Assembly: GCA_965217895.1 (NCBI GenBank)
Contig: CBDCJV010000002.1
Location: 3,040,001-3,104,000 of the forward strand
DNA: 64,000 nt
Direction: 5' to 3'
DNA from: Waterburya sp.
GTDB lineage: Bacteria > Cyanobacteriota > Cyanobacteriia > Cyanobacteriales > Xenococcaceae
Shown in pieces: positions 53,229 through 63,580 of this stretch; position 1 is the stretch's first letter, and every line of letters begins with the position of its first letter. The translations under genes and the position numbers were made by a program. The notes beneath the pieces are model-generated. The model searched no databases and was not told the origin of the DNA. It was given only the letters and a program-made list of their open reading frames with translations.

Positions 53229-55351
53229 GCTTGTTTGTCAATTCCCTACAGGCGATGGTAGCGGTGTTTGTAATTCTCTTTATTGCCTTATCTTGGCGTG
53301 AAGCCTTAATTGCTGGACTCTCGATACCCCTAACCTTTTTGGGAACGTTAGCAGTACTGTGGTTGCTCGGACAAACCTTAAATAACATGGTGCTAATTGG
53401 CATGGTGTTAGCACTGGGTATCTTAGTTGATGTCTTTATCCTGATGATGGAAGGGATGCACGAAGCAATCTTTGTATCTGGACTTTCCTTTAACCAAGCA
53501 GCACTTAAAACAGTCCGCACCTATGCAGCAGCAGCCTTTGCGGGACAATTGACCACCATCTTAGCCATGACTCCCTTGATGGCAATTGGCGGGACAATGG
53601 GTAAGTTTATCCGCGTCTTACCAATTACGGCGATCGTCTGTTTGATTTTAAGCTTTGTCATTGCCCTGTTGATTGATATTCCCCTATCTCGTTTCTTATT
53701 AGCAAAAGTTAAGGGTAATCATCAACCATCCAAGATCGATCGCCTGAGTGAAACGGCATCCCAACGTTTTGCGCGATGGAGTTTAAACTATACCGTTCGC
53801 AATAAAGCTACGGCTCGTGCCTGGAGTTTGGGAGCTTTGGCTCTATTTGTTGTCGCGATATTAGCATTTACCCAAATTCCCACAACCTTTTTCCCCGAAC
53901 AGGATGGACGTAAGCTGAGTATTAACGTAGAAATGCCCCCAACTACGACCTTAGTTAAATCCCAACAGATAGCCGATGAACTGGGCAGTATTTTACAAGA
54001 AAAAGACTTTTTTACCAGCGTTACCAAATATGTCGGGCAAAAGAGTAATCTGGTTGGTTCGGGAGAGCTACAGCCCAATCAAGGCAGTTATTTACTTGGC
54101 TTTTCCGTGGTATTTACTCCTGAAGAAGAACGCGATCGCTTATCCTACGAATATCTAGATGAAATTAGAAACGAATTAACCCCAGTTCTAGCTAACTATC
54201 CAGGGGCATCTTTGGTCTTAAATTCTGAAAGTTCTACAGGTAGTGGCGAACCAATTCAGATTGAGATTGCAGGTAGTGACATGAACGAGCTACGAAGCAT
54301 ATCTGACCAAGTACAACAGGCTTTGAGACAGATTCCAGGCACTAGCGACGTGCGCGATAATTTAGGCGACTTACAGCCCGATTTAAAACTATTACCCAAA
54401 CGCGAAGCACTAGACTTCTATGGCATCACTGAAGAAGAACTAACAAATCAGGCACGCTACTATATGACTGCTACTGAAGTAGGCAGCTTTAACCTCGGTG
54501 GCAACCAGGAAGACTTAGATATCAAGCTTAGTACCGCATGGCGATCGCGTAATGGTGCTGTCGGCGGTCCTACTCAACGAGATGAGCTAAGACTAATCCG
54601 CTTCTTTAACAATGATGAAGAAATAATTCCTGCGGGTTCGTTAGTCAATACAGTTCAAGACCAAGCACCGCTTTCTATAACTCACCGTGGGGGCAAACGT
54701 ACCGTTACCGTTTTGTCAAAGAATGTCAATCGTACCGTGGGCGAGATTCTAGCCGATTTAGAACCTCAGTTAAAACAGATGCAGCAAAACTGGTCTTCTG
54801 GCTATACCTATAGCTTTGGTGGGGAAACAGCAGAACAAGCTGAAACCTTTGGTTCGGCTGGTCAGGCACTCGGATTAGCAATCTTCCTGGTATTTGCTGT
54901 CTTAGTCCTACAGCTTGGTTCATTCCGACAGCCATTTATTATCCTGCTAGCAATTCCTCTAGCTTTAATCGGTACAATGGGCGGTTTCTTCCTGGCTTGG
55001 ATTCCCTTCTCCTTCTCCGCATTTATCGGCATCATCGCCCTAGTCGGTATTGTCGTTAATGATGCGATCGTTATGGTAGATACCATGAACGCCTATCAAA
55101 AAGAAGGAATGAAAGTTCGTGAGGCTGCTGCTTTTGGGGTGAGCGATCGCCTTAGACCCATTCTAACCACCAGTATTACTACTATCGTCGGGTTGATTCC
55201 TCTGGCACTAAGCGATCCTTCTTGGATGCCCTTGAGTAGTGCCATTATTTTTGGCTTGATTGCTGCTACCTTGACGGCATTAATCATCGTTCCCTGTCTC
55301 TATCTTCAGTTCACACCTAAGACTGAAATAAATGATGCGGAATTTGTTTAG
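53229..55351 (+). pseudogene. AcrB/RND efflux permease, 5'-truncated by the IS
   Basis: Starts at about TM2 (LFVNSLQA); GILVD, GIVVNDAIV, RLRPILTTSITT; N-terminal TM1 and periplasmic domain absent. Confidence 0.8.
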
Positions 55352-55413
55352 TATCCAATTTAAGTAAGAAGCAATTGGTCTTTCTCAACATATTGCGAGA
55401 TAACCTTTAAATC

Positions 55414-55632
55414 TCAAGCAGCGGTAGCAATGGTAGGTTTTGGTAAAGGTTCGCCATCGGCTTCATAAGAAACAATCAAAGATTCTAAAGCTTCCTTGCC
55501 ATTAACTACCGCTTCCTCATAAGTATCCCCATGAGTGCGCCAATGTTGCCCTGGAAAATCTGGTAAAGCAACTAAAAAACAACTATCCTCATCACTCCAC
55601 TGAATAATCATTTGATACTTAAGTTTATCCAT
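55414..55632 (-). CDS. hicB: HicB family antitoxin
   Basis: YQMIIQWSDED..FLV.LPDFPG...THGDTYEEAV.NGKEAL..PLPKP. Confidence 0.88.
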   Translation of the reverse strand: MDKLKYQMIIQWSDEDSCFLVALPDFPGQHWRTHGDTYEEAVVNGKEALESLIVSYEADGEPLPKPTIATAA

Positions 55633-55837
55633 CTTGTCTCTTTCTTTTTACTTTTGCGATCGCTTGTTCTATCTCTTTTTCTAGATATCTTTTAGCATCA
55701 CTTCCACCTTTACCTGCAATGGTAACTCTTCCAGGGTAATCTGGATGCGTCCAGTTTGTATGACTTCCTTTGCCTGGACGTTCGATAAAACCCGATTTTT
55801 TCAGCATTTGCTTTAATTCTCGAATTTTCTTCGGCAT
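55625..55837 (-). CDS. hicA: HicA family toxin
   Basis: GF..RPGKGSHTNWTHP; overlaps the hicB start. Confidence 0.88.
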   Translation of the reverse strand: MPKKIRELKQMLKKSGFIERPGKGSHTNWTHPDYPGRVTIAGKGGSDAKRYLEKEIEQAIAKVKRKRQDG

Positions 55838-55890
55838 TTTAGTCAGTTAAATGTAGATAATATTTTTAATCAAGCTATTTATTCTTGTGT

Positions 55891-55986
55891 TTGATTGCAG
55901 CTATCTTGACGGCTCTAATTCTAGTTCCCTGTACATATTTTCGATTCATACCCAAAACTGAAATAAATAATGCGGAAACAGTTTAA
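55891..55986 (+). repeat. Diverged 96-bp duplicate of the RND gene 3' end (55256-55351)
   Basis: LIAAILTALILVPCTYFRFIPKTEINNAETV* versus LIAATLTALIIVPCLYLQFTPKTEINDAEFV*. Confidence 0.85.
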
Positions 55987-56046
55987 CAAATAAAATATGA
56001 CTAAGAATTTGATTTCATTGTTACGTATCTCAAATTTTAAAGTTTT

Positions 56047-56459
56047 TTGGGAACTATAAATAAAGAAAATGAAAATCTATATCAAGTTAATATGCTGTCT
56101 TTATTTATAGTTATACTTTTTGTAATTGGTTATGTGGCATTAATGACGTATGCTTCCAAGATACAACAAGAAGAACTAGAAAAATTTAATCTGTTGCTGG
56201 ACTCTGCATTAAAATACCCAATCTCGCCAAAAATGCTAAGTAATCTTATATCAGTTTGGGAAGAAACTAAATTAACGTCTTCTAATTTGGAGTTTTATCT
56301 CAAGGAAAAGTATATTGAGCGTACTTTTAGAGTATGTGAAATGAATTTAACCAATTTAGATACATGGAATTTATTAGAAATAATTTTAAAAAAAATTAGT
56401 CCCTTCAAAATTTTTCCTTTATATAAAAATAATTTTAAAAACATTACCCTTCGATTGGA
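56047..56459 (+). pseudogene. Hypothetical membrane protein truncated by IS6
   Basis: One TM segment; very AT-rich; ORF reads into the IS6 left end at 56460. Confidence 0.45.
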
Positions 56460-56964
56460 GGTAATGTTGCCAGAAATTGAAGAAGCAACATAGTAGTATA
56501 TATTTACTGTCTAAAACTCAACATTAATGAATTCAAAATCCCCCTTCAAATGGCGACATTTTCTACTGTAGTAAGAGTGATTAATACAGACAAGGCGAAA
56601 GCTTATCCCAAAGCAATCGAAGAGCTAAAAGAATCTGACTTATTACCTGAATCGGTTGAACATCGAGCAGTTAAATACCTGAATAATTTAATTGAACAAG
56701 ATCATAGATATACGAAACTGCGGGTTATAACCAGTCAAAACTTTAGGAATTTTTGGACTGCTGGTCGTACCATCGCAGGATATGAATCGATGAACATGAT
56801 TCGTAAAGGACAAATCAAAAATGTAAGACGAGATGAATTTTTAGGTCAGATTAGGTTTATTCATTCTCTATTTGGGATAGCTGTGTAAATTTGAGAGAAA
56901 ATCAAATTAATTTAAAGTTTACCTTTATTTTTATTCTTTTGTTTTTTCTTTTCGCAACACTGCC
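56460..56964 (+). mobile_element. Internally deleted IS6-family element, copy 1 (505 bp)
   Basis: TIR GGTAATGTTGC / GCAACACTGCC; MNSKSPFKWRHF joined out of frame to VINTDKAKAYP...YLNNLIEQDHR. Confidence 0.88.
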
Positions 56965-57111
56965 TTATTCCCTGGTTAGACATTTTTCCTAACCGTTCTT
57001 TAATACTTGGTTTTCATCGATTGATTGCAGCAATCAATCAATTTTCTTTTTATTTGCCTGATGGATAAACTCTGTTTCTGCTACTCCTCTATTTCGGAAA
57101 GTGACAGAAGA
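56965..57111 (+). mobile_element. IS701-family right-end remnant
   Basis: Encodes IPWLDIFPNRSLILGFHRLIAAINQF...* then AAAGTGACAGAAGA; inverted copy at 62945-63075; family assignment from memory. Confidence 0.65.
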
Positions 57112-58036
57112 AAAAAAATATTCGCTTGATTACGATCTTGGTTTGAAGCTTGAAGTCGAGATAGGTTTTTTGTAAGTGGTATAAATAAGGATGGCGATAA
57201 GGAAAAAGAGCAAAATTTAAAGATTGCCAGACTTGTTTATTAGTAATATTTTGTTCTCTCAAATAGCTTTCTACCCATTCTAAATATAGAAGGCGTTTGG
57301 CTTCAGCCTGTCCCGATCTGATGACTACTCTCTGACAAGAATCTAGATGAATGCGATATTTATACCAACATTCGTTGGTGACATACACAGGATACTTTAA
57401 ACAGACTTTAACGTGAACGATCGCATCTTCATAGCTGCCACGAAAATTATTTTCACCACCCCCTACTTTTTCAATTATTTCTTTTTTGGCTAATACTCCA
57501 CCAGGAATAAATTCCTCGAGACGTAAAAAGAAACTCAACATTTCTGGTGGGGAAACGAGAGTATCAGAGAAAGGATGAGAACCACCATCTTTGGCTACTC
57601 CATAGGGATGATCGCGATCGCGATCTTCAGGATTTCCCGTCCAGCTATACCAAATCAGTAAAGGCGCAAACACCATCGCTGCTTCGGGATGAGCCTCTAA
57701 AATGGCTACTTGCTGTTCTAGCTTTTTGGGCAGCCAAACATCATCGCCATCGATGGGGGAAATATATTTACCCCTCGCCTGAGTTTTACCTAAATTGCGC
57801 GAGGCACTCATGCCCAGATTTTGATGGTTGGGATGTTCGAGATAGCGAATTTTATTGGGATACTGGGCTGCATAGCTTTGGGCAATCGCCGTGCTGCCAT
57901 CGGTCGAACCGTCATCTACTAGTAGTAGTTCCCAATTATCATAGGTTTGAGCTATGACACTTTCTATAGCTTCAGTTAAATATCGTTCTTCATTGAGAAA
58001 AATAGCGATCGCTGAAACTAATGGTTTATTATTCAT
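57089..58036 (-). CDS. Glycosyltransferase family 2 (C-terminus supplied by the IS end)
   Basis: LVDDGSTD, SASRNLG, DGDDVW DxD motif; last residues lie within the IS701 remnant. Confidence 0.85.
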   Translation of the reverse strand: MNNKPLVSAIAIFLNEERYLTEAIESVIAQTYDNWELLLVDDGSTDGSTAIAQSYAAQYPNKIRYLEHPNHQNLGMSASRNLGKTQARGKYISPIDGDDVWLPKKLEQQVAILEAHPEAAMVFAPLLIWYSWTGNPEDRDRDHPYGVAKDGGSHPFSDTLVSPPEMLSFFLRLEEFIPGGVLAKKEIIEKVGGGENNFRGSYEDAIVHVKVCLKYPVYVTNECWYKYRIHLDSCQRVVIRSGQAEAKRLLYLEWVESYLREQNITNKQVWQSLNFALFPYRHPYLYHLQKTYLDFKLQTKIVIKRIFFFFCHFPK

Positions 58037-58072
58037 AGTCAGTTGCTAATTGTCAGTTATCAGTAATTATTA

Positions 58073-59132
58073 GACTTGTCGGGAAATAAGGGAAAATAAA
58101 TAAAAGGAATTAGATGTCAGAAAAATCAAATGTTAAAGATTGAAAGCGTAATCAACCAAGATAGATTGTTGAGAGCCTTAACAGGATTGAATAAAAGAGC
58201 ATTTGAATCATTATTACCGATATTTGAGCCGCATTATCAGCAATCGTTGCAATCGGAATCTAGAAAACGAGCAGTAGGAGGCGTTCGGGCGGTCAACATC
58301 CGCGGGAAACCCACGGATTACGCCCTCAGAAAAGCCCAGCTAGAAACAATCACTGCCAAATTATTTTTCATACTGTTTTACTTCAAATGCTATCCCACGT
58401 TTGACTTAGCAGGATTCATTTTGGGCATTCATCGCTCTCAAACGCATTACTGGGTGCATAAATTGCAACCTGTTTTAGAGAAAGCTTTAGGCGTAAAAAT
58501 GGTTCTGCCAGAGAGAAAGCTTAATAGTATTGAAGAATTTATCGAGAGATATCCAACAGTAAAAAAGGTAATAATTGATGGTACGGAAAGACCGATTTCC
58601 AGACCCAAAGATCGAGAAGCTCCAAAAACTAAATTATTCGGGGAAGAAAAAACGTCACGCCAAGAAACATATTGCAGCAGTAGACGAAAAAAAGAGGGTA
58701 CTGATTTTGAGCAAAGCCAGAGAGGGAAAAGTACACGACAAACGCGCTCATGATGAAGACGACATTGTCGGTAGCATTCGCGAAGAGATCCCAGTTGAGG
58801 CTGATTCAGGGTTTTTGGGATTACAAAAGCAATACGAGAACATTCATTTACCTTATAGAAAACCTAGAGGAAAGGAACTTAGTGAAACACAACAAGAAGA
58901 GAATCGGGTTTTAAGTAGCTCTCGTGTAGTCTGTGAAAATGCTTTTGCTGGTGTCAAACGCTATAATGCGGTTCATCAAATTTATCGTAATCGAATTAAA
59001 GACTTTGAAGATCATTTGATGTTAACCGCAGCAGGATTATGGAACTTTTATTTAATGACTGCTTAAGGTTGACTGGGGTGAGAACTTTTCCGAATCAAAT
59101 ATGTTTTCCTCTTTTTTATTTCCCAACAACTC
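58073..59132 (+). mobile_element. IS5/ISL2-like insertion sequence (DDE_Tnp_4), transposase frameshifted near 58620
   Basis: TIR GACTTGTCGGGAAATAA / TTATTTCCCAACAACTC; flanking TATTA direct repeat; IDGTERP, YSGKKK, HDK, ADSGFLG, RVVCENAF; ORFs 58130-58753 and 58575-59066. Confidence 0.88.
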
Positions 59133-59163
59133 TATTAGCTAGTACGAAGGCACATCGCCTCTA

Positions 59164-60156
59164 CTAAAATCCTGCTTTATATACTTGCCATTGCTGTTTG
59201 AGCTTTTGACGGAGTGGAGTAGGCAAAATCTTACGTCCGACAGCTATTACCAGTTCTTTAGTAGTAGAAACTGGATGGCGGATTTTTTTAAGCAAACTAT
59301 ACAGTCTGGGATTGTGACAACGCCATTTAGTTTTTCGCAGTGCTTGCCAAATTTGGCGATCGCTAACTCCTTCTTGAGTTAAATAATTCTCGATCCAGTC
59401 TAAATAACGAGCTTGTGCTGCATTGTCTTCTCCTTTCAGCCAAGAAACATGGGTGCAGGATTCGGGGTGCATCCGATATTTGTACCAGCATTTACTGGAG
59501 ACATAGACAGCCGATTTCAGACATATTTTGGCTAAAACTATCGTATCCTCATACATCCCGCGAAAACTTTCTTCACAGCCACCAACGCGATTGATTACTT
59601 CTCGCTTAACTAAAATGCCTCCAGGGATAAAAAACTCATCTTTTAAAAAAAGAGTCAAAATTGCTGGTGCTTTAACCAAACTATCGCTGTAGGGATGTAC
59701 GCCCTCTGCCCCAAAACCATAAAGATCTTCTTTTGCCACATCTTCTGGATGACCATTCCAACTGTACCAGCGGTATAAAGGACCGTATACCATATCTGCT
59801 TCGGGGTGAGATTCCAAAATCTCTACCTGTTCGGTTAGCTTATTTGCCACCCAGACATCATCACCATCAAGGGAGGAAATATACTTGCCCTGGGCGTTGT
59901 TTATCCCCAAATTGCGGGAAGCACTCATACCCAGGTTTTGATGCTGAGGATGTTCTAAATAACGAATATTGGTATGTTGGTCAGCATACTTTTGAGCGAT
60001 CGCACTGCTACGATCCGCCGAACCGTCATCTACGAGTAAGAGTTCCCAGTTATCGTAGGTTTGAGCTAAAACACTTTCGATTGCTTCAGCTAGATATTGT
60101 TCCTCGTTGAGAAAAATAATAATAGCCGAGACTAAAGGTTGGTTGTTATTTGTCAT
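59164..60156 (-). CDS. Glycosyltransferase family 2
   Basis: LVDDGS, SASRNLG, LDGDDVW; paralog of 57089-58036. Confidence 0.9.
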   Translation of the reverse strand: MTNNNQPLVSAIIIFLNEEQYLAEAIESVLAQTYDNWELLLVDDGSADRSSAIAQKYADQHTNIRYLEHPQHQNLGMSASRNLGINNAQGKYISSLDGDDVWVANKLTEQVEILESHPEADMVYGPLYRWYSWNGHPEDVAKEDLYGFGAEGVHPYSDSLVKAPAILTLFLKDEFFIPGGILVKREVINRVGGCEESFRGMYEDTIVLAKICLKSAVYVSSKCWYKYRMHPESCTHVSWLKGEDNAAQARYLDWIENYLTQEGVSDRQIWQALRKTKWRCHNPRLYSLLKKIRHPVSTTKELVIAVGRKILPTPLRQKLKQQWQVYKAGF

Positions 60157-60159
60157 CTG

Positions 60160-61203
60160 TTATTGGTTTAGCCAGCTTAGTAAACGTCTTTCAAATTCTG
60201 CTTTGTCCCAGTTTTGAACTTCAAAGCGGGGTAGTTGCCAGCGATCGCTTTTGCGCCAGACAGTAGTTTCTACCGTCGAACAGGCACAGTCAAATCCTGC
60301 CTCTCGGACTAGGGGAACAGTTTCAGCCCGATACGCCCCAAAGGGATAGGCGAAGCTATGTACGGGACGATCTAAGAACTTTTCTAAAGCTATCTTGCTT
60401 TGGGTGATTTCCTGCTGCTGTACGGCAATAGATTGTTCCGAAAGCAAGGGATGGCTGATGGTGTGTGCGCCTAGTTCGATGATGCCTCCCGCTTCAATTT
60501 GGGGCAGTTCGGCAATAGTTAGAGGGCGATGAGTTAAACGAGATGCCGAAGATTGATGATTTGCCCACGCCTTAATTTCTGCCAATAAGGGTTGTCGTTG
60601 TTCGGGGGATAGAGGCTGTAGCTGTTGCCAAACGCAATAATAAAAGTGCAGTCGCGAACCAGGTTGAGACTTCCATGCCTGGCAATCGCGGTTTTTCCAG
60701 GCTTCTGACTCGCTGTAGTTGCTAGCTTCTCCTAATTCCCACTGATGTTGTTTTCCTGCAATGGTTAAAGATAGCTGTTGGGGCAATTGTCCTGGCTGTA
60801 ATAAAACCCGTTCCAACTCATCCCACCAAAATTCTCTAGGCTGTTCGAGGTAGTCTGTAGTTACAAAAACCGTTGCGGGAATCTCATATTTTTCCAGAAT
60901 TGGCTTGGCTTGATAGAGGTTGTTGGCATAACCGTCATCGAAGGTAATCGCTACGGCGCGATCGGGAATATTTCCTTCTTTGTGAGCTTGGCTTAATTGC
61001 TTGAGGCTAACTGGCTGGGTGTGCTGACGCAAAATCTCCAGATGTTCAGCAAAATGTTGTGGAGTAACTCGCAACGACCAAGGATCGATATCTTCCTCCG
61101 CAATGCGATGGTACATCAAAATCAATCCCTGAGAACTATTTTTTTTCTCTATTTGTTCTTTGATTTTTTGTAGTTTATGTTTAATTTTAATTACTGGGTT
61201 CAT
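60160..61203 (-). CDS. Polysaccharide deacetylase (NodB/CE4)
   Basis: LMYHRI, TFDDGY, GAHTISHP, FAYPFG. Confidence 0.9.
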   Translation of the reverse strand: MNPVIKIKHKLQKIKEQIEKKNSSQGLILMYHRIAEEDIDPWSLRVTPQHFAEHLEILRQHTQPVSLKQLSQAHKEGNIPDRAVAITFDDGYANNLYQAKPILEKYEIPATVFVTTDYLEQPREFWWDELERVLLQPGQLPQQLSLTIAGKQHQWELGEASNYSESEAWKNRDCQAWKSQPGSRLHFYYCVWQQLQPLSPEQRQPLLAEIKAWANHQSSASRLTHRPLTIAELPQIEAGGIIELGAHTISHPLLSEQSIAVQQQEITQSKIALEKFLDRPVHSFAYPFGAYRAETVPLVREAGFDCACSTVETTVWRKSDRWQLPRFEVQNWDKAEFERRLLSWLNQ

Positions 61204-61247
61204 ATATTAATTATTAATTATTGGTAATGCTTGCGCTAACTTATTTT

Positions 61248-62864
61248 TTATTTAATAGCCCGAAGACCGATAATCAATTCGTAATCTGGATCGTGACAAT
61301 TCAATTCCGATCGCTTTAATTCTTGAGTGCCAACGCCATAAAGAAATCCCGCTGCGGATAAGACATTGCCATAGGCTTTGACTTGAATATTGTTGGGGGT
61401 AAATACATCGCCAAATAGTCTGGCGACAGACATTTTGGTAAAACTCCAATATTGCCCCCACCTGTCTGAATCATCACGAATAATTGGCGTAATTCCTGGT
61501 ACTGTAACTAAGATAATTCCTCCTAGTTTGAGAATGCGGTACAATGTGGCGATCGCTTGAGGTAAATCGTAGATTAGTAATAAAGTCTGGGTCAGAATAA
61601 TCGTGTCAAAAGTCTCGTCGGGAATTTGAGGAGCATCGGTCAGATCTCCTACAATAGTAGCTGCGGGGTTGCCAGCAACCGCTTCTAAAACATCACTTTG
61701 AGTCACGCGATCGCCTCCATAACGCTTGGTATAGGTGGCATCACCCAATTCTAAAACTCGCCCTCGAATATCTTGAGTATGGTTTTCTAGAAATTGCTCG
61801 ATATAATAGCGATCAATGGGCGCACCGCGATGATTAGGCCAGGGTCTACTAATTGGTGTCAGACGACGCAAACTGCCCCAGTGCACCCAGCCTAAAGGGA
61901 GACTGGGTTTATACAGCCACTGAGTTTTGAGCCAGTTTCTTAGGGAATCGGGTAGGGTTTGTTTAATAGCCTGTTTAATCAAATACTTGCTATCTTTTTT
62001 AAGGCGACTCAAACGGCTCATAATACGACTTAATATGGGGTATTGATAGTGCCACAATTCCTGATTAACTATGAGTAAAACCTGAGTATCTCCAGCTTGC
62101 TGCAGATAGTCTTGCAACCAAATTAAAAAAGCTTTGCGGGCGGTAAAGTAACCTTTATCTGTATCGTGAGTTTTGAAGGTACAGGCTGCCTCGTGCTGGC
62201 GATAACGACACCAACAGCGATCGGCTATATAAGCAGGAAAATTCGAGCAAAGCTTGGCATGAAACACCTGATCTTCGTACATTCCAGGGAAAGAATTTTC
62301 ATATCCCCCGACGGCAGTAATAGCCTCTTTTTTGATGAGAAGATCGTGGAGGGAAGCCCATTCATCTTGTAAAAATAATGTTAATATTGCTGGAGGTTGA
62401 ACCAGAGTATCTAAAGGTAAATTCAACTTCTGTAAAAAATCACGTTGCTTATCGCTTTCTTTTCCCGTCCAGCTATACCACCATTGGGTTTTGCCACTAA
62501 CCATCGCTGCATCGGGTTGTGCCGACACAATAGCTACCTGTTGTTCTAGTTTATTGGGTAGCCAAACATCGTCCCCATCAATAAAAGCAATATATTCACC
62601 TTGGGCATTATCGATCCCTAAATTGCGGGAGGCACTCATGCCCAGGTTTTTATGTCCCTCGTGTTCGATATACTTAACTTTCTGGTAAAGCTTTTCTGCA
62701 TAACTTTTGGCAATCGCACTACTGTGATCGGTTGAACCATCATCGACTAAAATTAATTCCCAGTTACTGTAAGTTTGGGCTAATACCGAAGCGATCGCTT
62801 CCTCGATAAATTTTTCTTCATTTAGAAAGATTAAAATTGCTGAAACTAATGGCTGATTAAGCAT
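61248..62864 (-). CDS. GT2 glycosyltransferase fused to a class I SAM methyltransferase
   Basis: N-terminal GT2 (DDGSTD, DGDD); C-terminal RGAPIDRYYIE, VLELGD, FDTIILTQTL, LKLGG. Confidence 0.85.
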   Translation of the reverse strand: MLNQPLVSAILIFLNEEKFIEEAIASVLAQTYSNWELILVDDGSTDHSSAIAKSYAEKLYQKVKYIEHEGHKNLGMSASRNLGIDNAQGEYIAFIDGDDVWLPNKLEQQVAIVSAQPDAAMVSGKTQWWYSWTGKESDKQRDFLQKLNLPLDTLVQPPAILTLFLQDEWASLHDLLIKKEAITAVGGYENSFPGMYEDQVFHAKLCSNFPAYIADRCWCRYRQHEAACTFKTHDTDKGYFTARKAFLIWLQDYLQQAGDTQVLLIVNQELWHYQYPILSRIMSRLSRLKKDSKYLIKQAIKQTLPDSLRNWLKTQWLYKPSLPLGWVHWGSLRRLTPISRPWPNHRGAPIDRYYIEQFLENHTQDIRGRVLELGDATYTKRYGGDRVTQSDVLEAVAGNPAATIVGDLTDAPQIPDETFDTIILTQTLLLIYDLPQAIATLYRILKLGGIILVTVPGITPIIRDDSDRWGQYWSFTKMSVARLFGDVFTPNNIQVKAYGNVLSAAGFLYGVGTQELKRSELNCHDPDYELIIGLRAIK

Positions 62865-62940
62865 TTCAATGTTTTTTCTCTCATCTTCTCAGGAATAATA
62901 ATTAATGTATGGTAGGTATGCTTCAAACCATTATACTATA

Positions 62941-63075
62941 CCCCTCTTCTGTCACTTTCCGAAATAGAGGAGTAGCAGAAACAGAGTTTATCCATCAGGC
63001 AAATAAAAAGAAAATTGATTGATTGCTGCAATCAATCGATGAAAACCAAGTATTAAAGAACGGTTAGGAAAAATG
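62941..63075 (-). mobile_element. IS701-family right-end remnant (inverted copy)
   Basis: 62945-63075 is the reverse complement of 56981-57111 (131 bp). Confidence 0.65.
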
Positions 63076-63580
63076 GGTAGTGTTGCCAGAAATTGAAGAA
63101 GCAACATAGTAGTATATATTTACTGTCTAAAACTCAACATTAATGAATTCAAAATCCCCCTTCAAATGGCGACATTTTCTACTGTAGTAAGAGTGATTAA
63201 TACAGACAAGGCGAAAGCTTATCCCAAAGCAATCGAAGAGCTAAAAGAATCTGACTTATTACCTGAATCGGTTGAACATCGAGCAGTTAAATACCTGAAT
63301 AATTTAATTGAACAAGATCATAGATATACGAAACTGCGGGTTATAACCAGTCAAAACTTTAGGAATTTTTGGACTGCTGGTCGTACCATCGCAGGATATG
63401 AATCGATGAACATGATTCGTAAAGGACAAATCAAAAATGTAAGACGAGATGAATTTTTAGGTCAGATTAGGTTTATTCATTCTCTATTTGGGATAGCTGT
63501 GTAAATTTGAGAGAAAATCAAATTAATTTAAAGTTTACCTTTATTTTTATTCTTTTGTTTTTTCTTTTCGCAATACTGCC
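63076..63580 (+). mobile_element. Internally deleted IS6-family element, copy 2 (505 bp)
   Basis: Near-identical to 56460-56964 including the deletion junction; TIR GGTAGTGTTGC / GCAATACTGCC. Confidence 0.88.

Noticed and set aside
53200..53520. 106-aa minus-strand ORF, and the 53216 start of the RND ORF
   Set aside because: The ORF is an antisense shadow; the apparent RND start codon lies within the ISKra4 end and is not native
56550..56888. Functional IS6 transposase (also 63166-63504)
   Set aside because: Only the C-terminal half is present; the N-terminal and first catalytic region are deleted
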